DNA of 64,000 nt from Raillietiella orientalis. Lineage: Eukaryota. Shown here piece after piece: positions 24,159-35,610 of the stretch. Positions within the stretch are counted from its first letter, which is position 1, and each line of letters begins with the position of its first letter. The stretch covers positions 558,001-622,000 of the forward strand of contig JAYWIR010000053.1 in assembly GCA_036172245.1 (NCBI GenBank), in the 5' to 3' direction. A program made the position numbers and the translations under genes. The notes beneath the pieces are model-generated. The model searched no databases. It worked only from the letters and a program-made list of their open reading frames with translations, and was not told where the DNA came from.

Positions 24159-26549
24159 ATGGATACATTCAGGTAATGTTGCGGCCTATTACCCAATCCA
24201 TTCGAGTTATCAAAGCACTTTAACTTTTGTCCTATCTTTGGGAGCAAATGTTATTTAGCAATACGTTGACCGACGACAGTTGTGACCTTGAACAAGAGCT
24301 CATCTTGAGCGTAGAAAAAAAAGATATAAGGTAATTTTTTTCATTTTTCGCCCCCTCATCGCCTAAGTAAACCACCCTTATGTACACTTTAAATATTTCT
24401 AATCTGAATTGTAAGTTTTTTTTTCCTTCATATGCAAGTTATGTGATTTAATTATGTTTCTGCTTGTTAGTGTGTCAATAGAAAACTCAGTATGAATCGC
24501 TTTTAATTATACTAAATTTGTAATATTTTACTTAGTTTAGTGATTTTATTTTATGATTCAGAACATTCAAGAAACTTCTTGACTCGGGAGTCAATGTGAA
24601 TAAATTAGTTGCATGTAATGGTTTAGCAGCCATCCATTTCTTGGCTAGTGCAAAGAAACACCCTGTACATGTCTTAATGTTGGATATGCTTCTTGTGCAT
24701 GGTGCAGATCCCAACTTGAGGTTTGTGTCTTATATCAGCAAAATATAGTAATGGGTAATTTTTCATCATTCACAACTATTATATAAGTGTGGTAGGATCT
24801 TTTATGAATTTTTTATTGATTTCTCATGGTGTTGCAGGTGTGCTGATGGCTATACTCCTCTTCATATAAGTGCAATGTGGCATCAGAAATGGGCCTTGAA
24901 GATATTACTGAAATATGGGGGAGACGCTCATCTAAAAGATGGGGAAGGAAAGAATACCATTGAAATTGCTACTATTGCAAGTGAGTCCTTATCTTGTGTT
25001 TCCTGTAACAATTTGCCTTTCAGATAAAATTTCTGGTAATGATCTGTTTGGTGAATGCAAAATGGTAAGTAATACGTTTCTTTGACAAGAAATATGTAAA
25101 GTAAATCAGAGTCCATTGCTTCGAGTTGGAAAAAAGCACGATTCTTTCGATCTGAATGATGCTTTCTTAGTTGCTTCAGAAGAATCTTCAGAAGACAGTT
25201 GTGGAGACAACACATCTGCAAAAGAAGCAATGGAATCAAGCACTGACCAAGATCATTCGATTGATGGTATACTGACTTTCAGATTGAAAAACGATTTGTG
25301 TAGTTTGGACATTTTGCTTTCTAATTTTTGCAAGAGAATTCAAGAAGTCTTTTCAGATTTCAGTGGGAAGATGAACAAGGAGTTCTGCTGGAGTAGTCAC
25401 GTCATCAATGGTGCAAATCCAAGCTCCAAAACCAAACAATTCGTGTCCGGTTCTTCATCCCCGGTCTTATCTCCCAATCTTGATTCTTCATTTGTTGCGA
25501 CAAAAAAGGACCAGTTGCTGGATGGCACATCATCTCTCTTGGCTCAAATCTGTGACTGGCGTGCTTATTCTGAAAGTGCTTCTTCGGAATCTTATGGCAG
25601 CAGCTCAAGTAGTAGCATGAGTTCTTCTATTTTGCAAAGTGAGCTGAAGCGTCTGAACCAACCGTCAGGTCCTATCACTTCATCCACCAAGAAAGTCTAT
25701 AAAGACTTGCTGTACAGGGCCTGTCAGCAGCAAGCAGTTCTGAAAGGTAGGTGGGACAAGACAGAATGACCACAGTGCCAATTCATAGCTGTGAATCTCC
25801 CTCCCTTAAGCTATGCTTTGGAGCTTGAACAGATTCTTCACAATCCGCTGAAAGCAATTTCTGCGGAGATGCACCTTCTAGACAAGCAGCTGGGTGATTC
25901 CTTAGAGAAGAAAGGATCGCCCCAAAATGCCAACTCTAAGATGCCTACTTCTCCGAAACACAGCTCCCATAAATCATGCTTCAACTATCTGTTGCTGGAC
26001 CCTCGCGTGACAACGAACCCTTTCTTTGATGCTCACAGTCCCGTAGCCAGGGGTTTTCAAACGTTTATCAAAGCCATTTTTTACATTGGCAAGGGTCAGA
26101 GAAACCGACCCTTTGCTCATCTCTTTGCTGCCCAAAACATGGTACTGGTCTCTGTGGATTTCTTTAATTAAAGGATGCAGCAGAACGAAAGCAGCAAGAA
26201 GACTCAGCACATCCGTGACATCTGGAATTCTGGACGAGGTGTTGTGTCCCTTCATGTGTTCCAGAATGTGTTGTCCACTGAGGCTCTCTCCCGAGAAGCG
26301 TGCATGATTGAGGCAATAGGTTTGTTCTGAACGTTTCCATTTGCTTTCACATGATGTGTTACAGGGGTGAGAAACTTGACGAACGACTGCAGTGGCTGTT
26401 ACTACGGTGCTTCTGTCGGTTGGACGGGGAAGCAACGCTGTCGATACGGCGCTTATTTGCTGTATCGAGCGTTTCAGATTTACCAGTACGAAGGTGAAAG
26501 TGAAATACGGCCTGCTGATTTGATCGGTGCAATTTCTAGTGATTTTTAG
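24159..26549 (+). CDS. ANKLE1: Ankyrin repeat, LEM and GIY-YIG endonuclease protein (ANKLE1/LEM-3), ~580 aa
   Basis: Exons 24159-24172, 24259-24330, 24562-24720, 24838-24980, 25024-25064, 25110-25746, 25789-26141, 26181-26319, 26365-26549 join in frame (1743 nt; alternative start 24248). Ankyrin HGADPNLRCADGYTPLHISAMW; LEM LQSELKRLNQPSGPITSSTKKVY; GIY-YIG FNYLLLDPR...IFYIGKG...RPFAHL...EALSREACMIEAIG..NLTN...G.YYG. Confidence 0.95.
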
Positions 26550-26685
26550 AGGTGCTTTTTGTAATTTTTGAGGATGTACATAAAAAGGTACTTATGAGAG
26601 ATGTATTATTATTAATGGAGTGTATAATATGCTAGCATTAACTTTGAAATATATACAAACTTTTCCATTAGCAGTCATTCGTGAG

Positions 26686-27063
26686 TGCACGCTTCATTCT
26701 GCTGCGCTCTTTCATTAAAGAAATCCACAGAGACCAGTACCATGTTTTGGGCAGCAAAGAGATGAGCAAAGGGTCGGTTTCTCTGACCCTTGCCAGTGTA
26801 AAAAATGGCTTTGATAAACGTTTGAAAACCCCTGGCTACGGGACTGTGAGCATCAAAGAAAGGGTTCGTTGTCACGCGAGGGTCCAGCAACAGATAGTTG
26901 AAGCATGATTTATGGGAGCTGTGTTTCGGAGAAGTAGGCATCTTAGAGTTGGCATTTCGGGACGATCCTTTAAGGAATCGCCCAGCTGCTTGTCTGGAAG
27001 GTGCATCTCCGCAGAAATTGCTTTCAGCGGATTGCGAAGAATCTGGGCACAACTGAAGGGAGG
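26686..27063 (-). pseudogene. Inverted partial duplicate of ANKLE1 exon 7 + intron 7 + start of exon 8
   Basis: Reverse complement matches ~25800-26190 almost base for base, including intron 26142-26180. Carries a 7-nt and a ~12-nt deletion and YIG->YTG. Confidence 0.95.
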
Positions 27064-27083
27064 ACGCTTCTATGTTTGTTTGC

Positions 27084-27084
<1 letters not shown>

Positions 27085-27112
<28 letters not shown>
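27085..27112. repeat. (TG)n microsatellite
   Basis: ~14 TG units. Confidence 0.95.
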
Positions 27113-27115
<3 letters not shown>

Positions 27116-27959
27116 CACCTCGTTATAGCGAGGTGTGGTTCCATTTTTGAAACGTGTTGTGAATTCGACAAACACTGGCACTAGGAGGGCTTGGATTTTT
27201 GCCTTCTGGAAGATTCGTGTTCGCGGCAGTGACATCTGAATTTGGAGTCCCTTGTTTTTCTTGCAGGCCAGTGTGCATACATTACAACCTCATTTTCTGA
27301 GAAATTCTTGTGTTGTGTGCACATTTTCAAGGCATCCTTTCATAGGAAGGATACGAGGCGGGTTCGTAATGTCCATGCTTTTGCACGCCAGCAGCTAATT
27401 ACGATAACCGCAGGCACGTACAGCAGGTGTGATTTCGGTGAAATCTCGTACTGGGCTTCCCCCCCTCTCGTTGGGGGTTTCCTATCCACGCCACGCAGCA
27501 ACCACCAGTCGCCCTGTCGATTACGCAGCCCCTTTGAGTGGTGAAATGGCATTTCATTCAAGAGACCTTGATGCTAAACAAGAATGCGAGTTCTGCCCGC
27601 TATAAAATCAAGCACACCTGCAAAAAGGACATTCAGCTTTTCAAGGATTGTGTTTCAGGATTCATGGCGTTTTTGAATCGCTGTAGTTTTTCACGGGAAC
27701 AGCAATGTTGTCAATCATCTTACAACATACCGCAGGATCTCGTTTCTGCAAGGGAATTTTGCTCGGATTGCCTTGGGATCAATGATTGCCAAGGATCAGC
27801 CCCACTGCTAACTTCGTTGATTTGTCTGCGATTGATCCGTCTTTTGGCTCCGGAAGTGCACCATCCCGCTCTTAGGGAAAGTGAGAACATCCCGCAGACG
27901 AAACGAGTTTTCGTCCTAACTAATCGTTGCAAGGGAAGCAAGACAGTGAGCGACTGAAG

Positions 27960-28395
27960 GCGGAAGACTTGGGTGTTTCCGTGGGTCATTGGCTTCACCC
28001 TGGCAGGAAACGGGGGCCAGACCGTGCACCTGTCGCGCACTCTTGGACACTTCCTCCATGCGGGCAAAACGCGCACTTTTTTGCGCGTCTGCCTACTACT
28101 GCACACGCGTTCACTCGATCTGAACCTTTTGGGATGTTTCTCCTCGGCGAGAAGCGGTAACCGAGTGTCCCTGGAGCATGGATGCGACCGATGCTGCAAG
28201 CAGATGGAACAGTGGGATGGGCCGTCCATCCGACCTCCACTAACAAATCCCCATTCGCAAGGATGACCAACCTATTCACCTACCCGTTCCGAGCTCAATG
28301 GGCAGATCCGTGGGTCAGTCAAAGAGATTGCAATCGTTTGAAGCCGATTTGTGGTCACTATTAAAAGCTCAATACAGGAGAATAGAAAAAGGGCA
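27960..28395 (+). mobile_element. Degenerate Tc1/mariner-type transposase C-terminal fragment
   Basis: GNGGQTVHLSR...RSLDLNLLGCF resembles QDGAPxH...SPDLNPLD. RDCNRL / LLKAQYRRIEK resembles the terminal VIKAxGGxIE motif. Frameshifted. Confidence 0.5.
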
Positions 28396-29870
28396 TATAG
28401 ATATTCCTTCAGGGGTGAACGACGGAAGGACATGCTTGGTGCTGAATACGTCGGTGTGTGTACCAATCGTTAAAGATGGTCCAATAATGGACAGATGAAT
28501 GAAAATGAAAAAATAATAATAATAATTTCATAGTACTGACAAATTCATTTCAACCGTCAGCAAGATCGTCTGTTGATCAGTAGTGCTGGAAACACTCACT
28601 ATGATTAAAGTTTTCAACTAGCAATAATCGCGCCTCTCTTTCGGTCAGCGGCGGCGATTCTGCCTGTGAGCAAGGTTACGTTACTATGATTAAAGTACGA
28701 CGCTATAATAAGCGTAAATATTTATGCTAATCACTCACGGAAATCAGAAATGCTAGCGCGGCTGATTTCATAACGTGGATTGGGCCTCTTGTATAAAAAC
28801 ACCAATGCGAAATCATCGAAAGACCACGGGGCAGATGACATACCAAACACTCAACCGCGCAGGAAAACAAGACTCACGGAAAGAAAACAGGAAGATATTC
28901 CAAGGCAGGAAACGAAGGAGGAAAGAAGGAATCCGTTGTCGTCTTTCGATCCCGGAGCCCCGTAGAAAATAGTCACATCTTGTGAAGCACACGAGCTGGG
29001 ACTTCCTTCCCAGGGGACGAAGGTGCAGAGGGTGCACTCGACGTCTTGTGCCGCGGAAGCCGCGCCTGGACTGCTGCCAGCTGACGGTGCAAGCAGACCG
29101 GGCGACGCAGCGCAGCCGGCATTCAATCTGCCCATCACGCTGTTAAAGCGGAAGCTTTCATGTCGAACAAAGAAAGACAATACAAAAAAAAACATAAATG
29201 GGGAACTCTGTAAACCATCTTCACGGTAGTCCAACCTACCATGTAATGCTCACACAACGTGAACAATGAGAAAGAACTTCATCCCATAAAAGCGTCAGCG
29301 CTCCTCATCGGGATTGCAACCCTTTCACTCTTCTGCTGACATTCACCAGCTACTCCTCTTGATCACTGCCTCCTAACCCCGGTCACTGGAAATGCAGAGT
29401 CATCAGGTGGATGACCAAGTGGGTGAGTTCAGTGTAAATCCTTGGTGCAGCAGATACATGGAAGTATTTCATTTTCGGTGCGAGGGACGTCCAATTCACG
29501 AAGCACCACCTCTTTTTGAGGCTTCCAACATCCCCAAGCGCTGACTACACAAGCCTGGATCTTGGCTTGCGCGCTTCGCGGAGCAAGCCGTCGTCCAGTT
29601 TCCGCATTCCCGCTCGCCTTTTTGAGTCGGGCAGTCCTGGGTGCGTTTTCCCAGGGATGTTCAGAACAAAGATGCCACCGATCTTCCGGAGCACGAGATC
29701 TGGCTCAGCGAGGAATCGCCGGTCTTACGGACGGAATTCTCCATCTTCTGCTGGACTCCCGACGATGGCGTAGCTGCCTGTGGGGCTTGCCTACCTGCTT
29801 GTGTGCAGGCGGGCAAGAGACTGAAGACTGGTTCAGACTAGACTAGACTGGAAGAGAAGAGACTGGTTCG

Positions 29871-30058
29871 GTGAAGAGACTGCTCCAGGCCGACGGGAGT
29901 TTCCGGACATTGGAAAGCAGCTCGAGGCACGCGCACGCTGACTCAGCGCATGGCCTTCCCTCGATGGCGGAAGCTTCCTCCAAAGTCAGAGACTGCCGCG
30001 CGTGGTGCCGTCGAGCAGCACGGGTCGCCGAAGCGCATCTCTGGCCAATGGTGGAGTC
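29871..30058 (+). repeat. ~190-bp dispersed repeat, inverted relative to 34323-34512
   Basis: Shares gtgaagaga...caggccga.gggagt...agctcgaggcacg...gcgcatggccttcc.tcgatggcgga...ctccaaagtc...cgtcgagcagcacgggt.gccgaagcgca...tggtggag with the reverse complement of the second copy. Confidence 0.85.
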
Positions 30059-33000
30059 GGAGGTGGCATATCCAATGGTAAGACAAAGGTACTGACTGCC
30101 ATCGAACTCCGAGATGGCACCAGTACGAGCGAATTTGTTCGTGATGATGTTTCCCGGGAGAGGAAAAGAGAGTCCGTGGGTTTTTTCGACACTAACTCTT
30201 AAAGGCTTTACAGGTTGAGTGCCGTGACCCTGCTGGTCCCATCGGGTGAGTTCAGGAGCTTAAGGAGATAGGGATCGTTGAAAAGCTTGGTAAACAAGAA
30301 ACAAGTGGTAGTTCGCAGATTTGAGATGGAGTTGATACTGCACGGCACCACCTAGAGGATACTGTGAGAAACCTGCACCAGAACTGCCTGGTAAAATTCC
30401 CAGACGAAGTTCCGGACGCAGTTGTAGCCGCAGCGCCATTTGAAGGCATGACAGCTCACTATTTGGATAATCAATCTTATAACATAAAACCTGTTGCCTT
30501 CGTTGCAGTTCGCAGGGCCAATGGAGGTTCAAGTAATGTGCCAGTGGGCAAGGAATAAAGATAAAAAAAGGGATAGTTATAGGTTATGCGAGCTCTGCTG
30601 GAAAAGTGAAAGGAGCTTTACAGAATGTCTGGATAAGAGAATGGAACAGCGTTCTCGCCGTATTGGCCTGTTGGAAGTCGAAAAGGATAGATCAGGTTCT
30701 TTGACACTGAAGTGGTTTCTTGAATCGGATTCTGCCATGCGGGAAAAAAGTGGGAAAGGACGCTTTTCGTGTCTTTGCTCGGAAAAATTGGATGCGTATA
30801 ATAATGGCAGAAGCTGATACGGTGCTTTCTCGTCTTCGTTTTTCGTGTTTGCTAACTGATGGTGATATGGAAACTGATACATCCAAATTTAGAATGTAGG
30901 TTCATAGACAGTGGTAGGGCTACCACAGCAGAGCGTATTTTATCTTCTACCGGTGAGTGAAACAGAATTGAGGTATCCTTCACGGTCCACGGTTTCGTCA
31001 ACTCCACTTGGAGCTCCCTTTGAAAATAGTAATTCACCCAAGACAACGCTTTGATTTCCCTTCAGTTAATGGCAAACCCTTTTACATCGAGTTTGGTCAC
31101 TGGGTTGATCATGAGAGCTTTTGAGTGCACAAGGTTTGTGGCCTTTTTTCTGCCCGCTTTGCAATAAATTCCAAGTCTGAGTCGTCGAACTGCAAGTGTC
31201 GATTATTGCTGCCACTTGGGAATAAAGAAGGTGTTGGGAGTAATTACGTACAAGCTTCTTTGATGGCAACTTAGGCTGCATGCTGCGGTTGCGTGCACCA
31301 TTCTATTCTTTGATGAACCATTTGCTCTACTGAAAAATTCGACGGTAAGGTTCGTAAATTTTATCTGATGGGAGAAAATCTTCTGTGAAAAGAAGTTTCC
31401 ATCTTACAGCTACGGGCAAAGTTACTTTTCTACTCAGTCAGGCAAAGGGCTGCAAAGACTGCTTCAAATAACTGATGAAGGCATTCGCTTCATCAGGCCG
31501 CCGCATCGTGCACACTGCTACAGACGACAGAACTGGGGATGCCTTAGATTAAAACCATCGCTTTGCTTCCTACTTTGCATCGTACCCAACGCCACTGGAT
31601 GAAGACGATAGGTATTTTAGAACAATTCATAGAAAATTAGACGGAGCCAACGCAGTGCGAAAGGGAGGCTTTAGAAGCTTAGGTCAGCAGTGGACAACCT
31701 TTTCTGTTGCAACGGACAGCCTTGGTCTGCAGACAGCAGCTCGCCCACCACTGGGCTACAGGTTGGTGCTTCCCAGAACTGAAGCTTGTTCCTGTAACCA
31801 TATGACTCCGGAGGAACTCTTTCGCTCTCACTCGACGGAATCAGCAGAGTTTCTTCAGGGTTGCCGAAGCCGAAGAAAGTTCATGCTACTGAGGCATGGT
31901 AGGGCGCAGCAGACAGTTGGCACCGTCTTGCAGAAGCCCCTGGTGAACAGAGTCTTGCAACACCCGCTGTTTAACCCAATTTTCTTGATACCCAAATCAG
32001 CGAATGAAGGTGAAAGGTAAATTGATGGATGCGGTGGGAGACATTTCCAGTCACCGCGTGGAAGGTTTTAGAAATGTCTTACGGTCTTTGCTATATAAGA
32101 AACCACCGGGCCGCTCCGTTTCCTTGCTCCGTGAGGTCTTTTGAGTAAAATAATCATATGCGTGTCTTAGAATGCATTTTGAAAATCTGAAACGAGAACA
32201 CTGGAAGAGAACCCAAACTTTTTGTGGAGTTACAACAAGGCTATAATTCCAGACAAAACAAAATCGCGAAACCTAAAAAATATCGGAAGACAAAGAAAAC
32301 TGTAAACTACTCAGACTTCGATGGAATCTAATACGGCTTCCTTTTTGATCTAACAACTACGCAATCAGCATCTTTGAACTGCGCAAGCCTGGGACTTTCT
32401 TGCATTTCCTGAGAGAGAAAATTTAGAAGGCTTCCTATTTCAAACACAAGTTAGCACAAGCGATGATGTCACTGAGAGCATTCGGCGCAGCAAGATAAAA
32501 TCGATCAATGTGCAATGCTTTGTAGGAGAGAGTGCAATTAACGTCCATAACAGCACTGATACTACTAGCAGCAGGATTCTGCTCAGCTGACTGAAGCCTG
32601 CTACGAATCTCTACATGATTTGTGTCATCTGACAAGGGCGTTACATCTTCGGTGGAACTGTTAGTGAAGCTGCTCTGGGATGATGCATTTCGTGCCAATA
32701 AATCCGAAGTTTTCTTAATCACTTTCCCGAAACTGTTGCAAGATCCCAGTGGACTCTTCACTGATGAATTAAAATTCAGGATCTGCCGTTGGCTCTGGAG
32801 CATGATCAAATGTAGTAATAGCATCAGCCATTTGTTCATTGGACTGATATGCAGCTGTGGAGCGAATGTTCAAAGGTGGCCACGTTATTTCAGCCAAGTT
32901 GTTGCTCGCATTCAGCAATCTCACTTCCTGCGAAGAATCATTTGCTACTTGCTGTGTTGCTAGCAGAGTCACGCTCAATCACATTCATTCTTGGTGCTTC

Positions 33001-34322
33001 TGATGATATATCTTAAGCATCTTCTTAATTTCTTCCTGCTTTCTTTCTGCTAGTTCTTGATCTCTACATTTTTCTAAGAATTTTATCCAACGTAGAGAAA
33101 GATTCCGATGACTATCAAAACATCCTACCCTTGTGGGAAGACGAACCAGGAACCAGACAGACACCACGAACGCGTATTAGATGCGGACGTTGATGAAGGA
33201 ACACCCACGTTGCGTAATCTGCACAGGAGTGGCTGCTGTCCGATGCTGCTGCGGGCTCGTCTCAGTCTCAAGCAGACTTACAGTGAAACTGACCCTCGCT
33301 TCATGCAAGGGGACGTAGGAACAACGCACTGGATAAAAGAACCATCGGCCAAAAGTATACGCTCTTTCTGATGGCCACGAGGAAATTGGCGAGAAGTTTT
33401 CCAGTATTAATTTCGAGGTCAGAAACACGTCTTCCAACCACAGAGAAGAGATGCACCAAAGGACGTGTCAACAGATAAGGCGGAAGTAATAAAACAAAAG
33501 ATTGTCACAAGGCTCGGTGAGCGATCCAAGAAGGCAGACAGACGACGGAAACTTCATCTGCGAGGGAACTGTGAAATCGCAGCAACCAAAGCGAGCGCGT
33601 CCAGAAACGTAGTGGTACCGTCTTTGCGCAACGAATGCGAATCGGGAAATGTGACCGCGAGGACGCTTCCTGAGGAACTGCAGAAGAGTGGAAGCAACGC
33701 AGCATCAAGTGGGATGAGATGTCCCGCAGCGCTGCACGAGTCGGAAAGTATGGTGCAACGACGAATGCCCAAGCAAACGGCAGATGGTTACATGTAAGTG
33801 GGGATGAAGGAAAGACGAGCTTACCTTTGTGTGTTTCCGCGTTTGCAGAGGCTCGATCTCGAAAGTTCGTGTCAGATCTCGAGATTGCAGCAGAATATGC
33901 CGAAAGCAAGAAGTGCCACGAGCGTCCCTAAAGCTTAGAGCAACCTGCAGTGTTTTTTCGCGTGGCTCGCGCCTTCTTTTTTTTTTTTTTTTGAAATGCC
34001 AAGTGACTTTCTCACGGCAAGACGTGCTGTGGAGATCCCACGACGCAGCCGTGAAATCGAAAGGCACTCACATATAACCTGTAAACAGGACAGCTCTTTA
34101 AGTATCGAGAAATTGGGAGTTGCTGTGCGGAAAATGTGGGCTTGCGGTACGGGTGGGCAGGTCCGTTGTGACGCGCGCGCACCCCAGAGGCAGATGCCGA
34201 AAGAGCGATGGCCATGCGGCGGCGGAATGCGTCACGCCGGAACGCTGCCGATTTTACGAGGTCGAGACACGAGCGCAAAGTACGAGGAAAGGCTGGCATT
34301 CTGCGACGTCTGACCCTGAAGA

Positions 34323-34512
34323 GGCTCCACCAGGAGCCGGAAGTGCGCTTCGGCCACCCGTGCTGCTCGACGATACCTCGCGCCGCAGTTTCCGACTTTG
34401 GAGCATCCGCCATCGAAGGAAGGCCATGCGCTGCGTCGGCATGCACCGTGCCTCGAGCTCCTCCCCGACGTCCGGAGACTCCCATCGGCCTGCAGCAGAG
34501 TCATCTCTTCAC
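34323..34512 (-). repeat. Second copy of the ~190-bp repeat (inverted vs 29871-30058)
   Basis: See partner copy; clearly alignable with several mismatches and indels. Confidence 0.85.
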
Positions 34513-34887
34513 CCACTGCTTCAGTTCGAACCCACTGCCCGAGTCGTGGAGTCTCTGGACGAAGGGCGGAGGATCGCTCCTGTGTCTGGCGTGGCCTACG
34601 GGACGAGACCTCGCATTCCAGCCTGCACGCCGCGGAGAAACCGCCACCAATCAAACGGATCCCTCCCCGCTGCAGGACGGTTCCGGAAGCAGCCCCCAAA
34701 ACAAGGCCTGTCCCGTCCCGGAAGGGCAGAAACAAAGTCCCGGACGATTCGGAGCTGTCCGCCCCGTGGTCCAGGCAGACACGGACAACATGATCACCCG
34801 GGTGAAAGTCACCACGAAGGCGGAGGCAGTCCAGCTAGCCGATGGGACAAAGCCATTCCAAACCAACGCAAACACCGGAGGCCCCAC

Positions 34888-34989
34888 ATGAACCGCGATC
34901 GAGTGTGGATGACCTTCACCGAGAAGCTGAGGGTCCTCTCGATCATCGACGAACTAGAAAACGTGCCTCCGCCGTCGAGGCCACTATAG
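34888..34989 (+). pseudogene. Possible pogo/Tigger (CENP-B-type HTH) N-terminal fragment
   Basis: MNRDRVWMTFTEKLRVLSIIDELE resembles RxxLTxxEKLxII; short and isolated. Confidence 0.3.
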
Positions 34990-35176
34990 AGATAAAATTT
35001 CCACAGGGCGGTCAAACCCGCGGTCATCTCCGAGAGGAAAAGATGGAAAGAGACACGGTCGGAAGGACCATGACCGGCGTACACAACGTGAACCTACTCC
35101 CAACACGGAGCGCCTTATCAGCATCAGGAGAGACTCCACGTCGAGACGTCGTCCGTTTCCGCTGCTTTTATTCCAG

Positions 35177-35610
35177 TTTTTTTTTTTTTGGTTCTGAAGA
35201 GTGCCGAAGAACGGTCCGCCTCCTTAGAGGGAGCTTACGAAGTTCTTGGACGCCCTCCACGTCAACTAAGGGTGTATGTGACTTTACAAGTTAGGGGGGC
35301 AACCTTGGAGGGACCACCCTATGAATACGGGAAGACTTCAGAGGAAGCAGTCCGTTGCTTTTACTCATGGTAGCAGAATCCCAAAGGGAACCCTCGCTCT
35401 GGCTGCCTCCGAAGGGAACCTCTTCCTCTCTCTCTCTACGGAGGGAATCAGAAAAAGATTCACTCCTGGATTGTCATCTCCGGAAAAAACTCGCAAGGGA
35501 ACCGATCTTGGTTTCCCCCTCTGAAGGGAGCAGCGCGCTTCTTGCATTCTGGAGAGACAACCTTCAAGGGGGGTATCCGACCAACTCCGCGCTGCCCTTT
35601 TCTCGTGCAT
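35177..35610 (-). mobile_element. 5'-truncated SINE copy with poly(A) tail
   Basis: T-run + ggttctgaagagtgccgaagaacggtccgcctccttagaggg...caccctatgaatac...gagcagcgcgcttct matches 3278-3720. Confidence 0.75.
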
